The translations under genes were made by a program, and so were the position numbers. 59,964 nt of DNA from Stramenopiles sp. TOSAG23-2 (taxonomy: Eukaryota). Position 1 is the stretch's first letter; each line of letters opens with the position of its first letter. The stretch covers positions 1 through 59,964 of the forward strand of contig LT649252.1 in the NCBI GenBank assembly GCA_900128395.1, written 5' to 3'. Under the pieces are notes generated by a model. The model was not told the DNA's origin and did not search any database. It saw only the letters and a program-made list of their open reading frames with translations. Positions 11,442-23,334 of the stretch are shown here, in pieces.

Positions 11442-12693
11442 TCACCTCCTTTCACATGCTCTTACAATAATCAAACGTTCATCTCCTTTCTCTTCGACAA
11501 TTTTTAATCCATTACTTGGATCATTTAAATAAAATATACATCCATCACCATTTTTTACCAAATTTTATTACGTTCCCACTACTATCAGTCGTCTTGCCAT
11601 TACCTTGTAATATTAATAATAAACTTGGGCCTTTAAATGGGCGTAGTGTATATTCAATTGCTGTATCACCATTATCACTTAGATTAAAATCGGTATATTC
11701 TATTTGAAATTCAGTTACCGCTTCATCCCATGGTATGTAAATTCGAGTTAACGCATCTAACATTTCACCTTTCATGATCTTTGGCATGCCATTATTATAC
11801 GTTAACATATCTACTAGAACGCTTGTATCGCGTAACTTTGGTGTGCAACCCATTCGAACAACATTATCACTACAAGCCATTACTTCGACACAATCGCCGC
11901 TAATATATGCATGTGGCTCATTCGCTGCTAAAAACACAGCGTCACCTGGATTTAACGTTATAACATTTAATAAAAATGGCGCGAAGACTCCTATATCGCC
12001 GGGAAATTGAGCTGCTAAACGCAACGCAACGTTTTCAACCTTACGAACATTATTGTTAGTATCTTTATCATGATCACCATCCACACGTTCGATTAATTTA
12101 GTCACTAATGCTTTTACCATATCAGCATCTGCTTTTGAATAAGATGTAAATAAATCTTTCAAATATTTTTTTTTCTCACCATCTGTCAAAGTTTCCTTCT
12201 TTAGTTCAATTGAAGCGGCAACTCCGGCTTCGCCAATAACTTGTTTAAATTCCGGTACAGCATCTACATGTTGTACAATTTCTTGTACATTTCGAAATTG
12301 ACACATAGCTTCAAATGGTGTAATCGCAATAGTCATTTCTGGCTTATGATTGGGATCTTTGTATACTTCAGGTCTATCGCCGTGTAACTGTTCTGCTAAT
12401 TTTTTATTTGGATGTGCTTGTATGGATAAACATTTTGCAATCGATAAGACTTTCAATAAATATGGTAATTCTCCAACTACATCAGACAATTGTTTTTCGT
12501 TCTTTTTAATTGTTGCTGGTCCTTTTTTATGCGTTCCAAACCAATATTCAGCATATGGTTGTGATTGGTCGATTTGAATATCCTTGTTCAAAAAAGCTAG
12601 TTTTGCAACTGCACTTGTATCTCCCATTTTACCCCATGCATAATTTTGACATACGCATGATAATGGTATGATATTGGATATGTTATCGGACAT
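11442..12693 (-). CDS. MPI: Mannose-6-phosphate isomerase (type I PMI); frameshift at the T6 run 11551-11556
   Basis: QNYAWGK, PYAEYWFGTH, LSIQAHPNK, YKDPNHKPEM, ANEPHAYISGDCVEVMACSDNVVR. Removing one base extends the frame to GKNGDGCIFYLNDPSNGLKIVEEKGDERLIIVRACERR*, a plausible PMI C-terminus. Confidence 0.93.
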
Positions 12694-13460
12694 TGCGTGA
12701 TCTTATTTGTATCTCCTTGTAGATGTTTTTTTTCTTTCTTGTTTTGTAATATAGAATACTATAAGAAGGAGGAGGAGGAGAAGAAGATGAAGAAGATTCT
12801 AATTATTTATATATTATTCTAATTATTTATTTACATAATAATAAAATATGTGTAGATTACTTCTATTATATTGTACTCCGTGGTGTTATTAGACTATAAT
12901 TATTCCCTATCAAATCTCGGTACACTATAATACAATAACAAGAGCAAATTAATCTCTTCGGACAAAATCAAAATATTTATTGGCAACTGCATTGATTTAT
13001 TAACGTTTTTGTAAAATTCCAAATTATTTCTGAAAAAATAAAATACCAGGTATTATAATGCTAATGGGATGCCGTGCTATGTGTAGCTTAAGCTCTGACG
13101 GCTTCAGCTGCCATTGTCGTTATTAATTTAATTTTTTATTATTCTAATTCTACTTAATATAATACATCATGTAAATATCAAAGTACATGTAAAAAACACA
13201 TAATATATATACTGACTCATAAGATAGAGACTCTGTAGATATAATATATACAGATAAGACAGGTTGGAAAAAGATATCTACATATCCTTTAAAACTATCA
13301 CAATTGAATTTAGATTTTTAAACAGACGTTTTTGATTAGTTCTTATATATATATACATACATATATATTATTATTAGAAGTAGTTTCGTAGTAGTCAATT
13401 CATATTTCTTTATTATATTCTTTCATATTTTAAAATAAATAAGTTTTTTACTTAATAATA

Positions 13461-16400
13461 ATGCCGAAAGGAAAAAGTAAGAAGAAAGATCCAGAGGCTG
13501 ATGTTCCATTGCCAACTGAACCGGAATCCGCTGATACTAAAAGACGTAGAGATCATTGTGATGATTTTGATGTGAAACAAGTACGAATTGCTAATGGTAT
13601 CTCAAAAGATGCATTTATTACCCGTGGTCACTTGCCCCAAAAGATGGAAATTTTTCAATTAAGAATAAACCGTGGTTTAAGCGCTGTTAAATATTTTACT
13701 GGTTTAACAGAGTTAGTTGTTTTATGTCAAAAGACGGTAACCAACTTAAGAGGTATAGAAGCCTGTCCAAATTTAGTAACGCTATGGATCAACCAATGCG
13801 AGCTGAAACAAATTGATGATAGCATTAAATATTTATCGCGATTACGGTCGTTACATATATGTTCAAATAAAATAAAATCTATACAAAATTTGGATAGGTT
13901 AAAAAATTTGGAAATATTATGGTTGAATGACAATCGTATTACATCGTTAAATGGTTTGCAATCGTTGAGTCAATTGAGGGTTCTGTGGGTAGCTAACAAT
14001 CGCTTAACAAAAATAGGAACAACGTTAGATAGCAATAATAGGCTAGCAGAATTAAATTTAGCTGGTAATCAAATAGGAGCATTTAAGGAAGTCTTAAATT
14101 TGACGCGTACGTTATCATTACGCAGTTTATGTTTAAGTGATCCACATTTTGGTGACAACCCCGCATGTTTATTGTGTAATTACCAAACATATGTTTTATA
14201 CCATTTAAATCAATTGTCATCATTGGATACAATGTTGATATCGAATGAAAGTAAACAACTAGCAGAGGCAACGTACATGAAAAAGAAAATGTACTATAAC
14301 ATGCGTATTAAAACATTGAAACGAAATACGAATAATGTTATCAGAAAAGCTCAGGAAGCTATGCATGCAAAGATTAGTTTGATTAATTTAAATTTAAACG
14401 TTTTGCTGAGACAACGAAAAGGGATACAAGGTGTATTGGAAGAATTTGAATATTTACCGATTAAAAGTAGTAAAAGCGCCAAAAAGACCGATAGTGAAAC
14501 TGGTGATGATAGCGAGACAAAAACTGGTGATGGGAACGAGAATGACAAAAACATAGAAAAAACTGATAGTACTGATGATGCAGAATCGAAAACTAATAAT
14601 AGTGAAGATATTAAAGCTAAGAAACAAAAATATACGCCAGGGTATCAAAGCCAATTGCGAAAGAAATTAAAAGCATTGGATGATGCAATAGCTAATAAAG
14701 GCCATGTTATTAGTCGTATGGAAAGTTTATTTGAGCAATTAAAACGACATTTGTGTGATGTAAGTGAGGAAAATATTGCACGTCTGATTGTTGAATTAGA
14801 AACGGGGGGTAATATACGTTTAGAAGATGGTAAAGCAACAGATGTATGGTATTCATCTTGTGTTGATTTATTGAAAAGTAGGTTTTTTGCCAGAGATTTC
14901 CGTGCATATGGTGTCGGGGATATTCGCGTAAATCGTGTTACTAGGATTCATAATCGTTTTTTAAGAAATCGTTTTGACAATGCTATGGAGGATTTGATGC
15001 GTAAAAATAATATCGCACCGGGTGGTGGAAAGCGTCAGTTAGAATATTTATTCTTTGGTGAAGAGCCAAGATTAGCAAAAATCACTGGGGCTGGAAATGA
15101 GCTCTTGCGTGTGGCTGACCAAGGCTTGAGAAGTGCACGAGAATTCCGTCGATTAGGATTAGATGAAGCAATCAAATTATCCAATAGTGTTTCTTTAACG
15201 CATTTACCACAGATTAGGAAATTTTTAAGTGATTGTGCTAGAAATATACGATATGAGAAAGGGAAAGACACAAATTCTTCAAAGATGAATAATGATGATG
15301 ATACAGATAGTAATAGTTGGATGGATACGGTAGCCGTTGCTGGGAGTGGTGCAGCTGCTGCTGCCGCCGCTGCTGCTAGGAAGCGGTTGCAAGAGAGCAA
15401 CAAAGCAATGAAAGGTGATGCAGATATTGTAGATAGTGCATCTTTGCGTGAAGCTGCTGCTGCCTTGAATCGCGGTGAATTTTCCTTGCCAAGTGGGCAA
15501 ATTTTAGTAGTCAAAGTATTTTTGGGCAACGTAGCAACTGAAAGCGGTACGAAGGATAATTCTAAAACTGGATCTCATAGTAAAAAAAATGATGATACAA
15601 GTGCATCAGATACAAGCGCATCATCAGATAACGATTCAAGCGAAGAGAGTGAATCAGATGAGGATCAAGCAAGTGTGGATAGCGATGGTAGCGAATCAAG
15701 TCGTGGATCAAGCACGTTAAATGGAAATGGTGAGAAAACTATTAAGCAAAGTGCATATCCTGAATTTGATGCGGTGTACCGTGTCAATGCGAATGATGCA
15801 AAACAACGTGAGTGGTTTGTATTTGATAATGGATTAGTTTTACCAGAATATTTGATTGAGTTTGATTTAATTACGCAAGCAACTAGGTTAGAAGAGGAAG
15901 CTGAGCAAAAAAGGAAGGAGAAACAAGAAAGTGGTGAAAAAGGAAAGGAGGAAGATAATGAATCAAAGCCAACTTCATCTGTTGTTGATGAACAAGCACA
16001 ACGTATGCAAATGGCTGTAGAATTATTAGGTAGAAAGCTAACTGCGCAAGAAGTGTTGGACATGGGGCCATTATTACGCCCATTAAAACGTTTTATGCAC
16101 CAATGTAAACGTATCGTAGAGCGTACAAGCAGTAATTCTGGTAGCAATGCTAATAAACAGAATGTCCCAAATTTGTCTCCAAACTCTTTAAAAGCATCAA
16201 ACGCAGTAGAAGGCAATGGTTTGCCACCTGCACCTGTATCGTTGATAAATAATATGCCAAACAGTCCAGAAAAAAACAATGCTCATGGCCAAAACGTTTT
16301 AAACATGCCTCCGCATTTACCAAGTAATGAAAAATTATTTGAGATTACTAAACCTGTTGTGTTACGACGTTCATTAGTCGCATCGTGCGATTTAATCGTA

Positions 16401-18854
16401 TACTTAAACTTGCATGGTTGTAATATACGACAAATTGATAATTTAAATGAATGCGTAAATTTGAAGCATTTAATTTTATCATTTAATGAAATTCATAAAA
16501 TTGAGGGATTGGAAGATCTCGTGTTGCTAGAAAGATTAGAACTCGGATTCAATTTAATCAAGCGCATTGAAGGTTTACGTGGATTAGAAGCATTAAAAAA
16601 GGTCGAATTGAATAATAATTTGATCTATCGCTTGGAAGATATCGGCGTTTTGCGTAAATATTTGCCTCTTTTATCGTCGCTAGATTTAAGAAACAATGCT
16701 GTATGTGATGTTAAAGGTTATCGTGCCAATGTTTTAAGGCGAATTCCATCTTTAAATTGGTTCGATGGAAAAGTAATAAATGATGATGATCGTAAAAAAT
16801 GTTCTCGCAGCAGCAGTACTATTACAGAGGAAGATATTTTACAATCTGGTAAAAGTACAAATAATCTTGTTCGTCAAAGTACGGATACTGGTATCGGTGG
16901 TGGCAGTACGTATGATGCAAATGGTAATGATACGGGTGATAAAAGTGATTCTTTGGGTAGTTCATCAGACGGTGCGTTTGGTACACTTGAACAATTGGAT
17001 TTGAATCATCGTGGTATACATTCCATTGAAAATTTAGAAAAATGTAAGAATTTGCGCCGTTTATCATTAGCTGATAATGAAATATCTCAAATTCAAGGAT
17101 TAGATGAAAATACATTGTTAGAAGAATTGGTGCTGGATGAAAATAAAATTACCAAATTCGAAGGCTTATCTAAATTGGTCTTTTTGAAAAAATTAGATGT
17201 TGGTAAAAATAAAATTTGTAAATTTGAAAATTTAGAAACATTAGTGCATTTAACACAATTGTCGATAGAAGATAATGAGATTAGCTCTTTAAATGGATTG
17301 CAATCATTAAAAAATTTGATGGAATTATATGCATGTTCAAATCGTATAGGAAATTTAAAGGAAATTCAACACTTAAAAACATTGCCAAAATTAATCATAG
17401 TTGATTTAAGTGGCAATTCCCTTTGTAGGCAAAAGAATTACCGTTTGTATTGTGTATATTATTTAAGAAAACTGAAGGTGTTGGATGGTATAGGCGTCGA
17501 TGTAAACGAGCAACAAAGTGCCAGAGAGAAGTACAGCGGAAAACTAACTGCCGAATTTTTAAGTGAGAAGATTGGACATAAATATTTTGAGCACATACGG
17601 GAACTTGATTTATCAAGTTGTCGTATACGTGAAATTGAACATTTAAGCGGGGAAGAATTTAGTAATTTACGAGAGTTGAATCTAGACAATAACATGTTGA
17701 CCAACATTGATGGCTTACATGCACTTTGGAAATTGCAAATTTTGCGAATGAATCACAATCGTGTACGGGAACTAGGTTTAGCAAGCCTTGGAAATGTTGC
17801 AGATCATACACCTGAAAATACATACAATCCATATTTTGGGTTAGAAGGATTAACGAATCTTGAAGTTTTACAATTAGGTTACAATCATGTAACCGACATT
17901 GTTAGTTTAAATTTGCATAAATGTAAAAATTTAAAAGTATTATTTTTACAAGGCAATGATATTGCAAGAATCGATGGCTTAAATGAATCATATGAATTAC
18001 GAGAACTAGTGTTAGATAAAAATCGTGTGAAATATGTTGATACAAATGCATTTTTAGGACTGACTAATTTACGAGAATTACGATTAGAGGAGAACGGTTT
18101 GCGCTCGTTGTCTAACTTTCGCAATGTTCACAATTTGCAATTATTATATTTAGGAATGAATAGAATTTCAGATATGAATGAAATAGATAAATTATCTAGC
18201 ATTCCATTTTTAATGGAGCTTACGTTGGCAAACAACCCAGTATCCAGGAAACAATTGTACCGGGCCAATGTTATCAGGCGCATGCCTACCTTAAAAATCG
18301 TTGATGGGCGTGAAATTGGTGTGGATGAGCGTGAGCGTGTTGAATTAATGTTTGTAGCAGATACTAGGCCACCAAATGCAGTATTTTTCGCGGACCAAGC
18401 ATTAGATCAATATGGAGTGCACAATTCCATGTCACAAGTTGGAAATTCACGTGGAACTGGGACTGCTCGTGCTGTTAAATTAACCTCTGTTAATTTTGAG
18501 ACTTTAACTGGATTAGCACATCGTAGGCAACAAGCATCGATGCAAAATCATCAAAATTATTTAGATAGCAAAGGATTAGGATTACCAAATGCAGCCCCAG
18601 AAAATTTCTTTAGTTCCAATAATAATAATGATAATTTTATGATGAATGGAGGTGGACGTCGCAGCAGTAGCAGTAGTAATAAAAGTAACAGTAGCAATAA
18701 TTCAAAAACAAGTTATTCATTGATATCACGTCGAGGCAATAGTGCAAATAACAACCGTGTTGGTGGAAGCTTTCAAAATTCATATAAAACACCGAGTTTA
18801 AGTAGCAATAGAAGGAGTGGAATGGGTAGGCGTGTTTCATATCCACCAAGATAA
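13461..18854 (+). CDS. LRRC9: Leucine-rich repeat protein 9-like (SDS22-type LRRs with a central PARP-like region)
   Basis: N- and C-terminal LRR blocks, KKKMYYNMRIKTLKRN, RLIVELETGGNIRLEDG, VTRIHNRFLRNRF, LVLPEYLIEF as recalled for LRRC9. Confidence 0.85.
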   Translation: MPKGKSKKKDPEADVPLPTEPESADTKRRRDHCDDFDVKQVRIANGISKDAFITRGHLPQKMEIFQLRINRGLSAVKYFTGLTELVVLCQKTVTNLRGIEACPNLVTLWINQCELKQIDDSIKYLSRLRSLHICSNKIKSIQNLDRLKNLEILWLNDNRITSLNGLQSLSQLRVLWVANNRLTKIGTTLDSNNRLAELNLAGNQIGAFKEVLNLTRTLSLRSLCLSDPHFGDNPACLLCNYQTYVLYHLNQLSSLDTMLISNESKQLAEATYMKKKMYYNMRIKTLKRNTNNVIRKAQEAMHAKISLINLNLNVLLRQRKGIQGVLEEFEYLPIKSSKSAKKTDSETGDDSETKTGDGNENDKNIEKTDSTDDAESKTNNSEDIKAKKQKYTPGYQSQLRKKLKALDDAIANKGHVISRMESLFEQLKRHLCDVSEENIARLIVELETGGNIRLEDGKATDVWYSSCVDLLKSRFFARDFRAYGVGDIRVNRVTRIHNRFLRNRFDNAMEDLMRKNNIAPGGGKRQLEYLFFGEEPRLAKITGAGNELLRVADQGLRSAREFRRLGLDEAIKLSNSVSLTHLPQIRKFLSDCARNIRYEKGKDTNSSKMNNDDDTDSNSWMDTVAVAGSGAAAAAAAAARKRLQESNKAMKGDADIVDSASLREAAAALNRGEFSLPSGQILVVKVFLGNVATESGTKDNSKTGSHSKKNDDTSASDTSASSDNDSSEESESDEDQASVDSDGSESSRGSSTLNGNGEKTIKQSAYPEFDAVYRVNANDAKQREWFVFDNGLVLPEYLIEFDLITQATRLEEEAEQKRKEKQESGEKGKEEDNESKPTSSVVDEQAQRMQMAVELLGRKLTAQEVLDMGPLLRPLKRFMHQCKRIVERTSSNSGSNANKQNVPNLSPNSLKASNAVEGNGLPPAPVSLINNMPNSPEKNNAHGQNVLNMPPHLPSNEKLFEITKPVVLRRSLVASCDLIVYLNLHGCNIRQIDNLNECVNLKHLILSFNEIHKIEGLEDLVLLERLELGFNLIKRIEGLRGLEALKKVELNNNLIYRLEDIGVLRKYLPLLSSLDLRNNAVCDVKGYRANVLRRIPSLNWFDGKVINDDDRKKCSRSSSTITEEDILQSGKSTNNLVRQSTDTGIGGGSTYDANGNDTGDKSDSLGSSSDGAFGTLEQLDLNHRGIHSIENLEKCKNLRRLSLADNEISQIQGLDENTLLEELVLDENKITKFEGLSKLVFLKKLDVGKNKICKFENLETLVHLTQLSIEDNEISSLNGLQSLKNLMELYACSNRIGNLKEIQHLKTLPKLIIVDLSGNSLCRQKNYRLYCVYYLRKLKVLDGIGVDVNEQQSAREKYSGKLTAEFLSEKIGHKYFEHIRELDLSSCRIREIEHLSGEEFSNLRELNLDNNMLTNIDGLHALWKLQILRMNHNRVRELGLASLGNVADHTPENTYNPYFGLEGLTNLEVLQLGYNHVTDIVSLNLHKCKNLKVLFLQGNDIARIDGLNESYELRELVLDKNRVKYVDTNAFLGLTNLRELRLEENGLRSLSNFRNVHNLQLLYLGMNRISDMNEIDKLSSIPFLMELTLANNPVSRKQLYRANVIRRMPTLKIVDGREIGVDERERVELMFVADTRPPNAVFFADQALDQYGVHNSMSQVGNSRGTGTARAVKLTSVNFETLTGLAHRRQQASMQNHQNYLDSKGLGLPNAAPENFFSSNNNNDNFMMNGGGRRSSSSSNKSNSSNNSKTSYSLISRRGNSANNNRVGGSFQNSYKTPSLSSNRRSGMGRRVSYPPR

Positions 18855-19460
18855 ATATTATATACTTCGTAAAATATAATAATATATTAATTTTTAATAT
18901 AAAAAATATTCATTTTTTAAATACTGTATAAATATATTTGCACCACGTCTATTGTACCATTAAGTATACTATATCATTCCTATCATGTGATTCAGTCAGG
19001 AGGTATATGGTATATGGTATATGGTGGTTCTAGTATTTGGTATGCTGGCCGGCTGGTATGCCTCGTGTAAAGTGTTGAAACTCGCTTTGCTGTGAAGCTT
19101 TGTGTGCTGGTGTGCCTATGTGTTGAAATTGCGAAGAAACGTTATCCTCCCTCAACGATAACACGATACATACGATACAAAAAACTAAAACTACTATAAT
19201 ACTAATTAAGACATGCACATCAATATATATTGTACTAGATCAGAAATAAAATATATATACAATAGAAATTATATAACATATATATACATATATTATAACA
19301 TTATTCTATATACAAATTTTTTGTACAATTCTTTTCTGTATAGATTTTTCGATTTATATATATAGATTTTTCAGTTTTTACAATAAAAGATAGGGTATAT
19401 ATATATATTATATATAACATTTCAATATAATCGATATTTTTTTACATATTATTATATATC

Positions 19461-21437
19461 ATGTTTTCACCTAGTAAGAGACAACAGCGAAATAAAGGTG
19501 GTGGTACACCAACTTCGCCGTCAAGGCGAAGATTAAATTCCTCATATGAGGCGAGATTAAAGTCACCAAGGCAAAAATCTGCCAGCAAAAATTATTCACC
19601 TTCACGTGGATCTTTGTTAAAACGTGAACGTACACAGTTCTTTGCCTCGCCAACAGCACTATCGACGTCGTCATCTAAGTTAACTCTTAGATTTAACAGC
19701 AATAGTAACAATAGTAGTAGTAGTAATACCAATAATAATAATATCAATGACAATATCAATAGCTCCAACGACAATAGTAACAAAAATAATCAAAATATCA
19801 TGTCAAATTCTCCTTCAACTCCACAATATGAAGCTAGAATGAAACAGCGTTTGCAAGGTGAAAACTATTCCACGAGCAACAATGTTGGCAGTGTGTACAG
19901 TGATCGTTTCATTCCTAGTCGTGCTGGTTCACAAGTTGAACGCGGTTATCCCTTATTAAATTCACAAGACGGTGCGTTGAATAGTACAGATACGTCTAGC
20001 AACGACAACAATTCGACCAATACAAACAATGGTGGGCAACAGCAGCAACAGGGTCAACAGAGTAATGGCACGGATGGTCCAAAAGAAGGCCAAATGACAT
20101 ATTCAATGTTATTAAAAACTGAATTGCTAGGTATGTCGACATCTACATCCCGTTCTAGTTTAGATGGTTCCGGGTCGTATAACTTTTCACAAAGCCAAGG
20201 CTCACAATCTTCCAGCAATGGAGGTGCAAATCCATCTGGATCTACTGGGCAAGGAAGTCAAGGACAAAGTGGCAATCAAGATAAGAGCGCATCCAGTGGA
20301 TCAAGGCCTGTTGTTGGCCATGTACAATCCAATTTATTCAAATTTAAAAAACAACGAGTACATCAATTTCAAGAACTTTTAGACAAACCAACATTAAGCC
20401 CAGTTGGCAGCGCAAGTGCACGGTTATTAGCTTCCCCTCGAAAAGCAAAACGAAAAATACCGAAAGTACCATTTAAAGTGTTGGACGCTCCAGCATTGCA
20501 AGATGATTTTTATTTAAACTTGGTTGATTGGAGTTCGCAAAACGTATTGGCAGTTGGTCTAGGCAGCTGTGTATATTTGTGGAGTGCATGTACTAGCAAA
20601 GTGACGAAATTATGTGATTTAGGTTCTGATGGCACAATAACATCCGTGAGTTGGACTCATCGTGGTGGACACGTTGCTGTTGGAACAAATAATGGGGATG
20701 TACAGATTTGGGATGTAGCAAAATGTAAAAGAACTCGTAGTATGGGTGGACATACTGCTCGTGTCGGTACGATGGCTTGGAATGCACATTTACTTGCGAG
20801 TGGTAGCCGGGATCGTTTGATTTACCTACGGGATGTACGAGCACCAGATCCACATATACAAAAATTACAAGGTCATAAACAAGAAGTTTGTGGTTTAAGA
20901 TGGAGTTTTGATGATCAGCAATTAGCTAGTGGTGGAAATGATAATAAATTGTTGATATGGGATAGTGCCGGTTCACAAAGCCCTATCATGAAGTTTAATG
21001 ATCATACCGCCGCAGTCAAAGCAATTGCCTGGAGCCCACATCAACATGGTTTATTAGCAAGTGGTGGTGGGACTGCTGATAGATGCATACGTTTTAGAAA
21101 TACATTGACTGGTACACCATTAAATTGTATTGATACTGGATCACAAGTTTGTAATTTAATGTGGTCAAAAAATGTAAATGAAATTGTAAGCACACATGGT
21201 TATAGCTTGAATCAAATTATAGTTTGGAAATATCCATCAATGACAAAAGTAAGCACGTTGACTGGACATACATACCGTGTATTATATTTAGCCATGTCGC
21301 CAGATGGTCAAACTATTGTAACTGGTGCAGGTGATGAGACCTTGAGATTTTGGAATGTATTCCCAGGGCCAAAAAATAAAGATGGAAGTCGTTTAGGAAC
21401 TAGTTTATTGTTTCCTGCATATCCAGACATACGATAA
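19461..21437 (+). CDS. FZR1: APC/C co-activator Fizzy-related / Cdh1
   Basis: C-box DRFIPSR, RKIPKVPFKVLDAPALQDDFYLNLVDWS, seven WD40 repeats, C-terminal IR tail. Confidence 0.96.
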   Translation: MFSPSKRQQRNKGGGTPTSPSRRRLNSSYEARLKSPRQKSASKNYSPSRGSLLKRERTQFFASPTALSTSSSKLTLRFNSNSNNSSSSNTNNNNINDNINSSNDNSNKNNQNIMSNSPSTPQYEARMKQRLQGENYSTSNNVGSVYSDRFIPSRAGSQVERGYPLLNSQDGALNSTDTSSNDNNSTNTNNGGQQQQQGQQSNGTDGPKEGQMTYSMLLKTELLGMSTSTSRSSLDGSGSYNFSQSQGSQSSSNGGANPSGSTGQGSQGQSGNQDKSASSGSRPVVGHVQSNLFKFKKQRVHQFQELLDKPTLSPVGSASARLLASPRKAKRKIPKVPFKVLDAPALQDDFYLNLVDWSSQNVLAVGLGSCVYLWSACTSKVTKLCDLGSDGTITSVSWTHRGGHVAVGTNNGDVQIWDVAKCKRTRSMGGHTARVGTMAWNAHLLASGSRDRLIYLRDVRAPDPHIQKLQGHKQEVCGLRWSFDDQQLASGGNDNKLLIWDSAGSQSPIMKFNDHTAAVKAIAWSPHQHGLLASGGGTADRCIRFRNTLTGTPLNCIDTGSQVCNLMWSKNVNEIVSTHGYSLNQIIVWKYPSMTKVSTLTGHTYRVLYLAMSPDGQTIVTGAGDETLRFWNVFPGPKNKDGSRLGTSLLFPAYPDIR

Positions 21438-21529
21438 AAAATGGGAAAAAAAGATATGAAGAGAGGGCATTATGAAGGATGTAGAGGGGGGTGTATATTT
21501 GTTTTTAATATATTCGTACGAATATAATA

Positions 21530-21880
21530 TAAAAAATTCTCTTACTTAAAATTTAAAAAGTTTTTATTTACTCATAAATATATATAATATGTAAACACTA
21601 AAAACGATGAATACTTATAATAATATGTCAAAAGTAATTTCATAAAATGGAAAAGATATAACCGTATCCTCATGCAATTCCTTATATTGATTTCCGTCTT
21701 TAAAAAATCCCGTTATGCTTATGCCCCGGTCCTCATCATGGAAGTTCTCAATTCTTGTATCGGTATAGATATTTTTTTTTGATTGACCGACGTGCGTCAG
21801 AATAGAGTCATTCCTGATGTGTTCCTCATGCAATTCCTTATATTGATTTCCGTATTTAAAAGATCCCGTTATGCTTATGA
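21530..21880 (-). repeat. Dispersed element, copy A (inverted relative to 37382-38158), with an internal 57-bp direct repeat
   Basis: Reverse complement aligns to 37382-38158 but has only one 21-bp unit; 21667-21723 recurs at 21823-21879. Confidence 0.85.
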
Positions 21881-22019
21881 TAATTTATATATATATATAT
21901 ATATATAAAAATTTTCTCTTACTCATGTATATATATATAATTTTCTCTTTTACTCATATATAATATATATTATATATATTATCTACGAAAATATATGCAC
22001 ATTACACTCCCCCCCTTTC

Positions 22020-22758
22020 TCATAATTTACTACTACTTGCTGTTGCATTTTGTACAACTTCATACAAGACATCAGTTCGTGCGACATATTTTATGCCGTT
22101 TTCTAATGTCAATCCTTCATGAAGGTATGATAACGGATGTACACCATGTGGAAATACTAATACAGAACCTGTTGTAGGTTTTACACTTGTAGTATATAAA
22201 TCACCATACAATGCTTTACCTGCTTTTAATTTTGCTTTTGCTGTTTCATCGCGAGGGATTAAAAAATTCGTACCTCCGTTTATATAATTATTGTTCAGAT
22301 ATATCAAAAATGTATAAAAACTTAAAGCTTTCACATCTGTTGGTAATTTTGGATATTCTAATTGATTTGTATCATTATTTATTTTATATTCTGGCCATGC
22401 ACCATCATGATGTGGCAAAAATTTGTCATTATTGATAGAATTGTATCTATAAAATCTACAACGAGCATTGATACCAACTAAATTTCCAATTTTATCTTTT
22501 AATGTTGGAATATTATTTAACTTTTGTGGTAAATGTGGCAAACACCTTCTTGTAACTTCATTAGTCCAACCCTTCCTCATCAACCAAACGACTGCATCGT
22601 TTTGACGAACTTTTCTAGACAAACTAACTGGTGTATCTGGAGTGAATTTCATAATTTCAGCCATTTTAATCATACGTTCACATTCATCTGACGTAAAAAC
22701 ATTTTGTAAAATAAATGCCCCAGGTATTGTGTCGATGTCTATTTTTTTAATTGGTTGC

Positions 22759-22792
<34 letters not shown>

Positions 22793-22970
22793 TACTGGCA
22801 TTTAATATTTTATTATTATCATTATGTTTTGTAGTATATAATGGTATGTTCTTCACTTCTTGACCATCCTCATATGCTATAATTTCATATTCTGGTAATG
22901 TGATATGTTCTTTCATGTTATTTATAATTTTATTTACAACGTCTTCAATACAACACAATATATATTTCAA
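22020..22970 (-). CDS. 2OG-Fe(II) oxygenase (prolyl-4-hydroxylase-like fold) with C-terminal PTS1 SKL; start may be the second Met
   Basis: RFYRY, HHDG (HxD), TFLIYLN...GGTNF, GSVLVFPH, LHEG, KYVARTDVLY; ends SSSKL*. Confidence 0.88.
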
Positions 22971-23128
22971 TGTGCATATATATATAAATTTTCTATCTAC
23001 AATACATCACATCCTTTTACTTTGTTTTTTGTCTTTTGCTTACATCTTTATAAATGTATATTTTATTTTGATGATGATTCGTGCATTCCTGAAATATCAA
23101 TTTTACATAAGCTTATCAACATAAAAAT

Positions 23129-23334
23129 ATCCATAAAAAGGTGCAAAAATGTAGAATTTTTTACAAAAAATGCTCTGTAGACTTGCAAGTATAATATGCT
23201 ATTTAAAATAGTGGAAAAAAGTGTCAAAATAATCCATAAAAAGGTGCAAAAATGTAGAATTTTTTACAAAAAATGCTCTGTAGACTTGCAAGTATAATAT
23301 GCTATTTAAAATAGTGGAAAAAAGTGTCAAAATA
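23129..23334. repeat. 103-bp tandem duplication present only in copy 1 of the large repeat
   Basis: atccataaaaaggtgc...gtgtcaaaata starts at 23129 and 23232; single copy near 39883. Confidence 0.9.

Noticed and set aside
21615..21833. 72-aa ORF similar to the 37319 ORF
   Set aside because: Similarity reflects the DNA repeat; its start codon comes from an internal duplication and the diverged copy does not keep the frame.
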